From: a virus
Taxonomy: Duplodnaviria; Caudoviricetes
IMG/VR virus record: IMGVR_UViG_3300027914_000334
Location: 1-64,000 of that record
DNA: 64,000 nt
Reading direction: 5' to 3' (one strand)
Shown here in pieces: positions 1 to 9,080 of the stretch (positions within the stretch are counted from its first letter, which is position 1; each line of letters begins with the position of its first letter). The notes under the pieces were generated by a model. That model had not been told where the DNA came from and did no database searches. It saw nothing but the letters and a program-made list of their open reading frames with translations. The translations under genes were made by a program, and so were the position numbers.

Positions 1-21
1 TCATAAGCAGTTATATCCTCC

Positions 22-366
22 TTAATGTGTGTGTTTTGTCATTATATCTTTGTGTTGTTTATCTACTTCATGTAACGGTAATTGCATAAACTCACCAATG
101 TTATTAGTGATAACACCGTTCATGATAAACATTTCATTATTTATCATTCCAAGGCAATAACCGTGATCCGCAAGCCATGTTATTCTTTCATATTCTTCCA
201 TCGTGGCTAAGTCTTCTGCTATTTTAGATGGAATAGTTAGATCGTATTTTTTCCATGCGTTATTTACAGGATCGAATCTGAAATTATTGCACGATAAAAA
301 CGATTTAAGCTCATCTTTGGTCATTTCTATTAACTCCTTTGTACGACGACTCTTTCCAAAAAACAA
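22..366 (-). CDS. hypothetical protein (likely start ATG at 324)
   Basis: ORF in minus-strand gene run; AAGGAG upstream of ATG at 324; no recognised domain. Confidence 0.6.
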   Translation of the reverse strand: MFFGKSRRTKELIEMTKDELKSFLSCNNFRFDPVNNAWKKYDLTIPSKIAEDLATMEEYERITWLADHGYCLGMINNEMFIMNGVITNNIGEFMQLPLHEVDKQHKDIMTKHTH

Positions 367-384
367 GTATCTATTTTCTGATAA

Positions 385-660
385 TCACAACCAGTCATTC
401 AGCATATCATCGAGGGTCTGAGACTCCTTCACAACCGTCTGTTTTGGCTCATTAGGTGCCGTCTGGGAGGGTTCTGGGTCTGGCGAGGTTGTTTCCTCGA
501 CCTTCACAGGCTCAGGGGAATGGCGATACTTGTAAAGTGGACATATTACAATCGGACAAGCATCAATTTCAGCATTTGAACCACACGAACATTCCTTACA
601 CTTAGCCCTGATAGCCTTTGATAATTTATTAACCATAGCAATAAGCTTATCGCTAGTCAT
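385..660 (-). CDS. small Cys-cluster (Zn-binding) phage protein with Pro/Glu-rich tail
   Basis: AIRAKCKECSCG...CPIVICPLYKYR motif; GGAG upstream. Confidence 0.65.
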   Translation of the reverse strand: MTSDKLIAMVNKLSKAIRAKCKECSCGSNAEIDACPIVICPLYKYRHSPEPVKVEETTSPDPEPSQTAPNEPKQTVVKESQTLDDMLNDWL

Positions 661-751
661 TAATCATTCTCCAAGATAACTTTATAATTTTACCAACACA
701 ATATCCAGCTCCAAGCATGAGCATAGCTTGAATAATCATATTAGCCTCCAT

Positions 752-781
752 AAATAACAACGGGGCAAATGCCCCCGTTGT
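752..781 (-). terminator. intrinsic terminator after clamp-loader gene
   Basis: ACAACGGGG/CCCCGTTGT stem followed by TATTT on minus strand. Confidence 0.65.
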
Positions 782-787
782 ATCTCT

Positions 788-1645
788 TTATTTATCTAAT
801 TTTTCTAAGAATGAAGCTAGGAATATCGATTTATGGACAGACATATTCATTTTTGCTTGACAGTCTGCAAGTGCGGTGAGATACTGCCATTTCTTTTCCA
901 TCTTTGTCATGTCAAACAACTTACCAAAGATTACATCAGGGTCAGCCTTGAAAGCAAGCAGGATTCTTTCGTCCTTTGGGATAGATATGAGCTTATCGTA
1001 AGTCATACCAGCCCAATATCTATCTTCATCTGTTTCAATATTTCCACCTTCAAGCAAGTTAAGGGCTTTCCTTAAATCTCCCCTAGCCTTCTTAGCCATT
1101 GCGATATATTCTGAATCTTTGAGCGTATATCCTTCCGCAACTCCGATTTTCTTCAACTGTAACGCAACTGTTTTTGTATCAATCTCTCCGAATTCAACTT
1201 GAACAAACCTAGAAAGGATAGGTTCGATCAACTTATATGGATAATTGGCGCAGAAGATAAAGCGTGTAATTGTACTGTATTGCTCGATGATGCGTCTGAA
1301 ACAAGCTTGTGCATCTGGTGTGATGTTATCTGCTTCATCCATAAGAATGATCTTATAACTACCGCTAATTGGATTTCTCTTAGCTATGTCTATGATTTGA
1401 GTCCTGATGAATTCAACACCACGATCTTTGGAAGCATTAAACTCAAAGAACAAGTCAGCCTTAGAATCTCCAAAAATCTCATTGGCAATTACATGCGCTA
1501 GTGTTGTCTTTCCGGTACCGGGCGGCCCATGAAACAGGAGATGTGGGATTCCATCTTTTGTACTCTTAGATTTAATTAGATCAATAACTTCATTACGTCC
1601 AACCAGTTCGGAATACTTCTTAGGACGATATTTTTCTGTCAACAT
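788..1645 (-). CDS. clamp loader AAA+ ATPase, RFC small subunit / T4 gp44-like
   Basis: TEKYRP, HLLFHGPPGTGKTT (Walker A), FNASKDRG, IILMDEAD (Walker B), SRF, ARGDLRKALN; ATG at 1645 overlaps upstream stop (TAATG). Confidence 0.93.
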   Translation of the reverse strand: MLTEKYRPKKYSELVGRNEVIDLIKSKSTKDGIPHLLFHGPPGTGKTTLAHVIANEIFGDSKADLFFEFNASKDRGVEFIRTQIIDIAKRNPISGSYKIILMDEADNITPDAQACFRRIIEQYSTITRFIFCANYPYKLIEPILSRFVQVEFGEIDTKTVALQLKKIGVAEGYTLKDSEYIAMAKKARGDLRKALNLLEGGNIETDEDRYWAGMTYDKLISIPKDERILLAFKADPDVIFGKLFDMTKMEKKWQYLTALADCQAKMNMSVHKSIFLASFLEKLDK

Positions 1646-1809
1646 TACTGCCACTTTTCCTTTGTAGGATTAATTTTAATCTTAGAAGGTACAGATGAAA
1701 TATTATCAAGTGATTCATCTTCCAACTGACAGGCGATACAACAATACTCTTTATTTTCTGGTATTTCTTTGCAACATACTGGGTTCTTACAAAAATTTGG
1801 GCTACTCAT
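1645..1809 (-). CDS. 54-aa Zn-ribbon-like protein (not in ORF track)
   Basis: Manual translation MSSPNFCKNPVCCKEIPENKEYCCIACQLEDE...KWQ*; overlaps both neighbours. Confidence 0.65.
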   Translation of the reverse strand: MSSPNFCKNPVCCKEIPENKEYCCIACQLEDESLDNISSVPSKIKINPTKEKWQ

Positions 1810-2365
1810 TGTTATCCTTCTTCTTAGGAAAATTCCATTTCACAAATCTAAAATAAGGTTCAACTTTCATTCTGTAAGCTATTATTGAATAAAGTATATC
1901 TGGTTCAACCCTCCATAGATTAAGATCGAGGAACTTTACTATCTGTTTATTTACTTCACATAAATCAGAATAGTTCGACGTTAAACACTTAACTGGCATA
2001 TACAAACTTACTTTGTTTGTCTTTAGAAAATTGTAGATGTAATCTCTATCTTTAACTGTTAAAATTGATTTCGTAATGTCAAATGGATTAACATCTACAA
2101 ATTCTCTTTCGTATGTTATTTTGAAATTCTTGCTTGATCGCATGTTTTTAACAAGACTTCGATCTTGAGCTATTATTCTGATGTTTGTCTTTGCTACGTC
2201 TTTGAGTAATGTAAGCCGCTCTTTCGTTAAGCCTACTTCCTCGGCTATCATAACATACGTTTTATCCTTATTAAACTCTGTGACGTTGAAAAAGTCACCT
2301 TCGAACTGAGTCAACAGGATATCGCTATTCCTAACAATATAATCACCAAAAACTACTTCTATCAT
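1802..2365 (-). CDS. hypothetical protein, possibly a degenerate clamp-loader partner subunit
   Basis: ORF; GGGGAG RBS before MIEVV; function guessed from position only. Confidence 0.55.
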   Translation of the reverse strand: MIEVVFGDYIVRNSDILLTQFEGDFFNVTEFNKDKTYVMIAEEVGLTKERLTLLKDVAKTNIRIIAQDRSLVKNMRSSKNFKITYEREFVDVNPFDITKSILTVKDRDYIYNFLKTNKVSLYMPVKCLTSNYSDLCEVNKQIVKFLDLNLWRVEPDILYSIIAYRMKVEPYFRFVKWNFPKKKDNNE

Positions 2366-2392
2366 GTCACTCCCCTGTATTAACGATATACA

Positions 2393-2438
2393 ATCGTACA
2401 ATGACTATTTCGACCTGTCAAGTATCTATTTTCTGATA
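2393..2438 (-). promoter_or_regulatory. sigma70-type promoter with adjoining TATC-N8-GATA site
   Basis: TTGACA(2421-2416)-17 nt-TACGAT with extended TG; site at 2423-2438. Confidence 0.7.
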
Positions 2439-2439
2439 A

Positions 2440-4170
2440 TCAATCAAACTCCTTCATGACGGCTCTTTCGATTTCATTTTCGAGCTTTGTTCTCTGTTCA
2501 TCGTCTAAATCCATGATTGTATCGATCAATTCTTTCTTGGCTTCGAACTGCTCATAAATTTTTTCCTCTACGGTATCGGCAACGTAGAAGTTGTAAATAT
2601 GCACGTCCTTTTCTTGTCCTTTTCGATACAACCTACCGATGCGTTGATCGTAAATGGTTGGCTTCAACGGCATGTCATAATTTACGACGAATCTACAAAA
2701 CTGGATGTTAAGCCCGTAATTAATAGCATCGGTTCCTATCAAACATCTTGCTTCATTGTCAACTCTAAATTTTTCTACCGTCTCTGTTGAATCGGCTCGT
2801 TCTTTACCAGTTATCTTGTAGTATTTAATTCCCTGTTCGTCAAGATATCTTGCTATTGCATCAACGCCGACATGATAGAACGTAAATATAACAACCTTTT
2901 CCGATGTTTGATCTAAGATATTCTGCAACTCTTCCATCTTCCGATTTGTTGTGATTTTCTCACGCATAGGATCACAAAGAAACTGTCTTGTTGCATGATA
3001 TCTTGCAGATGAACCTGTGCAATTCTTCTTTACTCTTTCGTAGGCTTCCTTAATTTTATCATCAATTTCTATTTCGATAAAATTAGGATACTTACCTACG
3101 GGAAGACTTAACTTCTTTCTTATAACAAGCGGCTTAATTAGCTTCTTCAAGAATTCATGATTCTTAAATCCAACTGCAACTGTTTCAGATTTCGTTATAG
3201 CCTTACTTGAGAACCTAGTCTTAACCTTAAAGAATCGTTCTTCGTATTCTATGAAGTTACATTCGAAGAAACGTTGCCCACCCAATATGTTACCACCATC
3301 CAAAAGTTTGAATACTGGAAACAAATCGAATAAGCGATTCTCAATCGGTGTTCCAGACATCGGATAACGATATGTAGGTTTCCATTGATTTTTGATTAAG
3401 CTAAAAAAGTTTATACTTCTCTTTGCTCCCATAAAGTTTTTCATGATATGAAATTCATCCACAATTATCATATCACACTTAACCTTAAGCAAATCATCAT
3501 AATCAAAATAGCACTTTTCGTAATTAGTAACTAAAATCTTTATATTATCGTTTGTTGCAAACTGCTTATACAGCAACGACCTCTTAGCCTTAGTTTCACT
3601 TCTAATGCTTATGATATGTTCCTTTCCGAAAAATCTTATATAGTCTTTCTTGTAATTATTAACTAGTTTAGCAGGAACCATTACGATAACTTTGCTAATA
3701 ATCTTGTTGTCGATAAGATAACGAGCAATCATATTAACTGTTAAAGTCTTTCCAGTTCCTATTTCGTTAGCAATAAGTATTCTGCGCCCAAGAACCCCAT
3801 AAACAACGCTATCAACCTGTTCGTCTGTTAACTTGTAATTTCCTGCGGCTTCCATCTTTCTGATGTAGGAAATTATATGGCTGACTTCTGGATCGTCTTT
3901 TGGATACTCACCCGACTTGATCCCTTCCAACAAGCCACGCTTTTGTATTACATGAGCATGGTGCGATTTCAGGGCATCGGTATAACGGATTGGGTAGCCA
4001 GACTTTTTGCAAGCGTTTACGACTATCGGAAGGGCAATATACGGAACTTGATATTTGCCATCCCTAATGCGCTCACACAACCTATAACTGGTCATATCCT
4101 GCAAGGTTAGGAAGGATTCATTTACTTCTTCTGTTAATATAATTTGATCGTTTGAGTAATCTATTAGCAT
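2440..4170 (-). CDS. SNF2-family (SF2) helicase/ATPase
   Basis: ANEIGTGKT, IVDEFH, MSGTPIENRLFDL, KVVIF, GLNIQ, QRIGRLYRKGQ motifs. Confidence 0.93.
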   Translation of the reverse strand: MLIDYSNDQIILTEEVNESFLTLQDMTSYRLCERIRDGKYQVPYIALPIVVNACKKSGYPIRYTDALKSHHAHVIQKRGLLEGIKSGEYPKDDPEVSHIISYIRKMEAAGNYKLTDEQVDSVVYGVLGRRILIANEIGTGKTLTVNMIARYLIDNKIISKVIVMVPAKLVNNYKKDYIRFFGKEHIISIRSETKAKRSLLYKQFATNDNIKILVTNYEKCYFDYDDLLKVKCDMIIVDEFHIMKNFMGAKRSINFFSLIKNQWKPTYRYPMSGTPIENRLFDLFPVFKLLDGGNILGGQRFFECNFIEYEERFFKVKTRFSSKAITKSETVAVGFKNHEFLKKLIKPLVIRKKLSLPVGKYPNFIEIEIDDKIKEAYERVKKNCTGSSARYHATRQFLCDPMREKITTNRKMEELQNILDQTSEKVVIFTFYHVGVDAIARYLDEQGIKYYKITGKERADSTETVEKFRVDNEARCLIGTDAINYGLNIQFCRFVVNYDMPLKPTIYDQRIGRLYRKGQEKDVHIYNFYVADTVEEKIYEQFEAKKELIDTIMDLDDEQRTKLENEIERAVMKEFD

Positions 4171-4188
4171 TTTTCGACCTCTGAAGTG

Positions 4189-4234
4189 TTTGTATCACAA
4201 GTATCCGATGGATTCAATTATCAGTTTTTTGATA
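4189..4234 (-). promoter_or_regulatory. putative promoter of the SNF2 gene with TATC-N8-GATA site
   Basis: TTGAAT-17 nt-TACAAA; ATTATCA-N6-TGATAAT palindrome abutting the -35. Confidence 0.55.
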
Positions 4235-4388
4235 ATACCCACCATCGACAGAAAAGGACTCCCGGCGAGGCGTAGCTTTTGTGTCTCTGGAAACTCTCGA
4301 TTTTCTAATCTACGATGCTTGCACGTCCGACCAAGCTTGCTTGCCGATAACGTACTTATCTTAAATTAATATCTTATATATATCTTGT

Positions 4389-4680
4389 CACCAAAAATTT
4401 GGTGTTATAATGACGCAAAAAAATTTGGTGTTATAAGGAGACACCAAAAATTTGGTGTCGTTTTGGGCATTTATAAAGGAAAATTTATTTTTTAGCAAAG
4501 AACGACACCAATTTTTTTGATATATAATTTATAACACCAAATCCGCAACTCGTAGTATCAAAATTTTTTGATATATAAACCATTTTCTTCAATTCCGATT
4601 TCGTTATATCACCAAATTTTTTGATATATAAACTGGAAAAAACGACCAAAATACAGTATCAAAATTTTTTGATATATAAC
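4389..4680. repeat. iteron-like/palindromic repeat array, putative replication origin or parS-like region
   Basis: CACCAAAAATTTGGTG at 4389 and 4442; AAATTTGGTGTTATAA at 4421 and inverted near 4529; four ATTTTTTGATATATAA copies (~4511, 4563, 4616, 4664); non-coding and AT-rich. Confidence 0.8.
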
Positions 4681-4714
4681 AAAATCAATTTCGTGCGATT
4701 AATTGCAAATTTAA

Positions 4715-5245
4715 TCATTCGAATTGCATATCTTCATTATTTTCTTCGTCATTTGCTTCCAATTCACATGTCATATTAGTCTGACCAACCAAGCTTCGAT
4801 ATTCTGTTATCTTAGTAATAATATCACTTCTATCAAACTCAAAATAATTTTCCAAGAAATCCATATAGGATTCTTGTATTTTTTTACTAATAAGAGGTAG
4901 GATTATATAAAAAGCTTTTCTTTTATACCTTCTTCCGAATTTATCCCAAACAGTGTATATAATATAATTATCTTTCAAATTACGAATAGCATTACCTATC
5001 GTTGCTTGTTTAACGTTAAATATATCTGCAAGATATTTATAGGATGGATAGACCATAAATAGACCCATGTTATTACAGTTATACGACAAAAAATAAATAG
5101 CCATGTTCTTACTAAATGAAGTTAGTTCTTTATGAGCTAGTATGTCCAAAAATGCCTTTTTGTGTAAGACAACTCTATCATCAGTGACTTTAAATGATTT
5201 TGAAGCCGCATCCATAATTGACTTAATATTCATTGACAACTCCAT
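4715..5245 (-). CDS. winged-HTH DNA-binding protein, replication-initiator-like
   Basis: YPSYKYLADIFNVKQATIGNAIRNLKDNYII is typical of HTH_36-type initiator N-domains; adjacent to the repeat array. Confidence 0.7.
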   Translation of the reverse strand: MELSMNIKSIMDAASKSFKVTDDRVVLHKKAFLDILAHKELTSFSKNMAIYFLSYNCNNMGLFMVYPSYKYLADIFNVKQATIGNAIRNLKDNYIIYTVWDKFGRRYKRKAFYIILPLISKKIQESYMDFLENYFEFDRSDIITKITEYRSLVGQTNMTCELEANDEENNEDMQFE

Positions 5246-5281
5246 TCAGACATTGTAATTTGAACGATAAAAAATTTGGAA

Positions 5282-5357
5282 GCCCAAAAAACGACACCAA
5301 ATTTTTATATCAATATAAACATGAGATTTCTATTTGTCAATTATCAAGATATTGATA
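5282..5357 (-). promoter_or_regulatory. promoter of the HTH gene, flanked by an array-type repeat and a TATC-N8-GATA site
   Basis: TTGACA(5340-5335)-17 nt-TATATT; ACGACACCAAATTTTT at 5291 over the predicted start site; site at 5342-5357. Confidence 0.7.
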
Positions 5358-5744
5358 GATGAAATAATGCTTGCAAACGCCCCAGAGGTATTGTATGGTG
5401 GATATATGGATGCATTTGAACCTTTTTTCAGAGATGACAAATATAAAGAGATCATTTCCAAGTTTTCAGAATTGGAAAGTAAACATCTTGATTATGTCTC
5501 CGTAAAGATCACGCCAGCAGATTTATCGAAAATCATAATTCCAAACTTAGTAAAAGAATATGCGATATCGATGTGTGCTGATGAAGTTACGATAATCAAT
5601 ATGATACTTAGGAGTTTTGTAGTAGAACAAAATGAAGGAACTACTGTTAACTTTAAGAAGTTCCTTAATTTGATTAAAACTTTTGATGGCTTAACGGACG
5701 AACAAAAATACAATCTTATTAAACACATTACATCTAATTATTAG
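5334..5744 (+). CDS. hypothetical protein (true start probably further downstream)
   Basis: ORF leading into parB-like gene; annotated TTG start overlaps the divergent promoter. Confidence 0.55.
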   Translation: MSIIKILIDEIMLANAPEVLYGGYMDAFEPFFRDDKYKEIISKFSELESKHLDYVSVKITPADLSKIIIPNLVKEYAISMCADEVTIINMILRSFVVEQNEGTTVNFKKFLNLIKTFDGLTDEQKYNLIKHITSNY

Positions 5745-5753
5745 GAGTTATTT

Positions 5754-7127
5754 ATGACGGATAAGGTTATCACTAATACTGATGAGTTCGAAGACATTTC
5801 GCTTGACATTGACGTTGAAGAAACGAAAGAGGTCAAAGAGGCTGTTGCTGTAACTCAAGTAGCCGATGCCGATGATGAGATTAACCTTTCTATCGACGAG
5901 CTTGAGCCTACTACCGTAGAAGCACCAGTTCCCCAACCAGAACCTATCCACACCGACCTTGTTAAGTCTAACCCTCTCGATGAGATTGATATCGAACTTG
6001 ATATGGAAGACATCGAAACTACAGTAGCTAAGAAGGTTGAAGAGAAAGTACAAGAATTGGCTACTGCTCAAGAACCAGAAAAGAAGAAACGCGGAAGAAA
6101 GTCCAAGGCTGAAAAGGCTTCAGAAGAAACAATCGTAGAGAATACTTCGTCTGATGTTATGGTGTTTGATCCTCTGTTTAACATTACACTGGTTGACAAT
6201 ACCAAGTATCAGACACGCGCAATCCTCCATACAGAAGAAGAAATCAATAGTCTAAAATCGTCTATTGAAAGCCAAGGACAAATCGAACCGATCCACCTGT
6301 ATTATGATGGTACCACCTATCATCTGCTTGCTGGATTCAAACGATATGAAGCCCTGAAAGCTCTTAACAAGACAACTGTTAAGGCTATCATCCATAATCA
6401 CATCACCGAAGAAGAATGTATTTCTATCTCTTCCGGTACAAATAGTGAGCGAACGGAACTGTCAGAATACGACAAGATCATGTCTGTTGGCTTGTTCAAT
6501 AAGAAGAACCCAATCGTGACCGTTGACAGAATGAAGGGTATCTTCGGATATGCTACCTCCACGATCTATCAGTATATCGCCCACTATAAGTTCTTTTCCA
6601 AGCATGAGGAATATGATGCCCTGTTCAGCAAGTATCGCCTTCCTCACTTTGTATATGGCTCACTTTATAAGGTATTTTCCGACGAGGAAGATTACAATGT
6701 CAAGGAAGTCATTGAATATCTGAATGATCGTATCTCTACCGGGAAGATCGAACGCAAAAACTTCGAATCAGACCTCATCTCCTACTTCTCGGAATCTCGT
6801 CTCAATGCACGGATCAAAAGAGAAACAGAGAATTCAAGTCTTGATGCCGACCTCAAAATGGACGATGATATTACCGATCCAAATCTTGAAAAAATGATTA
6901 ATGAAAAGCAATCAGAAGCTATAGAAAAAGACAACGCCATTATAGAAAAGAAGGATAAACTTAATAAATTACTGGATAATATGATTGCTTTCTCTGAAAA
7001 GATTGAAACCCTTGTTGATGAAGTTATTGCTATTGAAGGACATAAAGAATATATTGATACTACCAAGCTTAATATGTATGTTAAGAAGATTGGAAAGATT
7101 GCAGGTATGAACATAAAATTCATTTAA
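5754..7127 (+). CDS. ParB/Srx-domain protein with long acidic N-terminus and C-terminal coiled coil
   Basis: LKSSIESQGQIEPI...LLAGFKRYEALKAL (GxxRxxA), NSERTELS, then HTH-like segment; AGGAG RBS. Confidence 0.85.
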   Translation: MTDKVITNTDEFEDISLDIDVEETKEVKEAVAVTQVADADDEINLSIDELEPTTVEAPVPQPEPIHTDLVKSNPLDEIDIELDMEDIETTVAKKVEEKVQELATAQEPEKKKRGRKSKAEKASEETIVENTSSDVMVFDPLFNITLVDNTKYQTRAILHTEEEINSLKSSIESQGQIEPIHLYYDGTTYHLLAGFKRYEALKALNKTTVKAIIHNHITEEECISISSGTNSERTELSEYDKIMSVGLFNKKNPIVTVDRMKGIFGYATSTIYQYIAHYKFFSKHEEYDALFSKYRLPHFVYGSLYKVFSDEEDYNVKEVIEYLNDRISTGKIERKNFESDLISYFSESRLNARIKRETENSSLDADLKMDDDITDPNLEKMINEKQSEAIEKDNAIIEKKDKLNKLLDNMIAFSEKIETLVDEVIAIEGHKEYIDTTKLNMYVKKIGKIAGMNIKFI

Positions 7128-7137
7128 GGGTATCAAT

Positions 7138-7674
7138 ATGGAAAATGTAACTTTTGTAGAAAAGCAGTATCATTCAAACAAGGACAAACCAAAGGATAGA
7201 ATGATTTTTAAGGTTATTTCTCTTGGTTCGTTCATGCAAGAACTTCCAGACAATGTAACAGTTCTTAACCGACCTCAGATTTGTGTTGATGATAAGCGTA
7301 AAAAGTGGGGAAATGAATACATTCTCATGAACAAGAACGTATCTCAGCCCAACTACAAGTGCTTCCTTGGTTCGTTTGGTTTGGATAAGAAGCGAAGAAT
7401 GAATGTTCATCTCTTCAAGGAGATTGAGATTCCTATTCGTAAGCCTGATTATTATATCCTTACCATTAAACACGAAGGTAAACTGGACAAAGCTTTTGAC
7501 CTCATCAAAGCCGATGCTAGTTCATTTTCAAAAATCTTTTCGAGCGCATACCATTACTATCAGGATGAAGATAGGTATGTATGTGAGACTACAATGGTTC
7601 TTCAACATGGCGATAAAGTTATGTTAGAAGGTTCTGAGTATGTCTTCTCTGGAAAGAGCGAATCACTGGAATAG
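7138..7674 (+). CDS. hypothetical protein
   Basis: 178-aa ORF in operon, followed by terminator. Confidence 0.7.
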   Translation: MENVTFVEKQYHSNKDKPKDRMIFKVISLGSFMQELPDNVTVLNRPQICVDDKRKKWGNEYILMNKNVSQPNYKCFLGSFGLDKKRRMNVHLFKEIEIPIRKPDYYILTIKHEGKLDKAFDLIKADASSFSKIFSSAYHYYQDEDRYVCETTMVLQHGDKVMLEGSEYVFSGKSESLE

Positions 7675-7697
7675 CAGACGGCTTTTAACCCAATACG

Positions 7698-7732
7698 AGT
7701 AGCCCGTAATGCCCATATTACGGGCTACTTTT
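7698..7732 (+). terminator. intrinsic terminator
   Basis: AGTAGCCCGTAAT/ATTACGGGCTACT stem plus T run. Confidence 0.8.
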
Positions 7733-7752
7733 CAATCTACAAGGAATCGAAC

Positions 7753-8718
7753 ATGTTACATGCTATAGAGGCTGTTTTCGAGAAATTGGGTATTCAGGGT
7801 AGCTTGTATAAAGGTGGCAGAGAAATCCTTTTCAGGTGTCCATTCCACGACGATCATAAGGCGTCGATGTCAATGAATACAGAAACCACCCAATACCATT
7901 GCTTTTCGTGTAATGCCGGTGGTAGTAGCCTCAAAACCTTTATTGAACGAATAACCGGAGAGAAGATCGACTTTCGGCAATTCGTCAAAGAGGAAGATGA
8001 GCTTATAGCAAAGATCAATACAATATACAAGACCAGTGCAGACAATATTTTATGTTATGAAAACGATGCAGACTTTCAACTTAGATTCAGGGAAGAATTC
8101 TCTAATTTCATTCCTGCAACAAAAAGTGATGTAGCTTATACTTATTTAAAAGACAAGCGAAAGCTTACAGATGTTACTATCAATGCATTTCGTCTCAAGT
8201 ATGCTGTACGTGGAGATTATGAGAGTAGAGTCATAATTCCATATTTTAGTAAGACAACCCTACTTGGTTTCAACTCTCGACTTATTGGAGCTGATAAAGC
8301 ATTTCTCAAAGATTTAAGATATAGATATTTAATCAATACATCAGCATTTAAGGGCTATATATACAACTATGAAAATCTTGTAGGTAATGACTATTGTATT
8401 TTGGTAGAAGGTCCATTCGATCTTATGTGGATGGTTCAGTGTGGATTTAAGAATGTAATTTCAACTCTAACAACAAGGGTTGATTATGAGCATATCTTTA
8501 ATCTAACAAGGTTCAAAAACTTCATATTCTGCTTCGATAACGATGAAAATGAAGCTGGTTACAATGCTGTCATGAAGGCATCAGAGATGATCCACACATG
8601 CCTTCCAGACAGGAATATAATGATGATGACATTACCACCAGAAACAGACCCTAATGAGTGTTCCAAAGAAGTGCTTGAGTTATCGATGAAACGACTAAAA
8701 AGGATTATTTTCGAGTGA
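7753..8718 (+). CDS. DnaG-type DNA primase (CHC2 zinc finger + TOPRIM)
   Basis: CPFHDD...YHCFSC; LVEGPFD; CFDND..G; PETDPNE. Confidence 0.92.
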   Translation: MLHAIEAVFEKLGIQGSLYKGGREILFRCPFHDDHKASMSMNTETTQYHCFSCNAGGSSLKTFIERITGEKIDFRQFVKEEDELIAKINTIYKTSADNILCYENDADFQLRFREEFSNFIPATKSDVAYTYLKDKRKLTDVTINAFRLKYAVRGDYESRVIIPYFSKTTLLGFNSRLIGADKAFLKDLRYRYLINTSAFKGYIYNYENLVGNDYCILVEGPFDLMWMVQCGFKNVISTLTTRVDYEHIFNLTRFKNFIFCFDNDENEAGYNAVMKASEMIHTCLPDRNIMMMTLPPETDPNECSKEVLELSMKRLKRIIFE

Positions 8719-8721
8719 ATC

Positions 8722-8753
8722 GAAAAGCCCCCTGAAATTTCAGGGGGCTTTTC
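8722..8753. terminator. bidirectional terminator between convergent modules
   Basis: Perfect 32-bp palindrome GAAAAGCCCCCTGAAA/TTTCAGGGGGCTTTTC. Confidence 0.85.
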
Positions 8754-8803
8754 TTTGTGAGAGGATTGTGGAGGCAAACAAATCTTCTATTCGTTTACGT
8801 CGT
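8722..8803 (-). ncRNA. candidate ~80-nt small RNA
   Basis: Consensus promoter at 8809-8837 fires directly into the terminator with no ORF between. Confidence 0.45.
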
Positions 8804-8808
8804 AAACG

Positions 8809-8837
8809 ACTATATCATGTCGTTTTTCGTTTGTCAA
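8809..8837 (-). promoter_or_regulatory. sigma70-type promoter
   Basis: TTGACA-17 nt-TATAGT with extended TG; palindrome TCGTTTACG-T-CGTAAACGA at 8791-8809. Confidence 0.7.
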
Positions 8838-9080
8838 CTACCATGACCAAGATTTTTCAACCCACACAGACCCACCATCTTTCTTGTTTATAACAACCGT
8901 TAGATCGTTTTTCTTAAACACGATAGATGGTTCTATCTTAACTTTGCCGTCTACGTTGTAGTAGATTCCCTGCAATTTAAGCCCATCAGACTTAACCTGA
9001 TTAACGGCAGAATGGTTCTGGTTAATTACTTCGTTTCTGAAGGGCTTGAAGTTAAAGACTTGGAATCCGAAATCTTGGCA
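8838..9080 (-). CDS. ATG-less open frame, beta-strand-rich (possible frameshift extension of holin-like gene, or TTG-start small protein)
   Basis: 80 open codons ending ...KIEPSIVFKKNDLTVVINKKDGGSVWVEKSWSW*; fills the gap after the holin-like gene. Confidence 0.4.
   Translation of the reverse strand, partial: CQDFGFQVFNFKPFRNEVINQNHSAVNQVKSDGLKLQGIYYNVDGKVKIEPSIVFKKNDLTVVINKKDGGSVWVEKSWSW

Noticed and set aside
4389-4680. CRISPR array
   Set aside because: Repeats are degenerate, in mixed orientation and irregularly spaced; no cas genes.
8722-8753. Protelomerase (telRL) site in the perfect palindrome
   Set aside because: GC stem with A/T flanks between convergent genes fits a bidirectional terminator; no protelomerase in the window.
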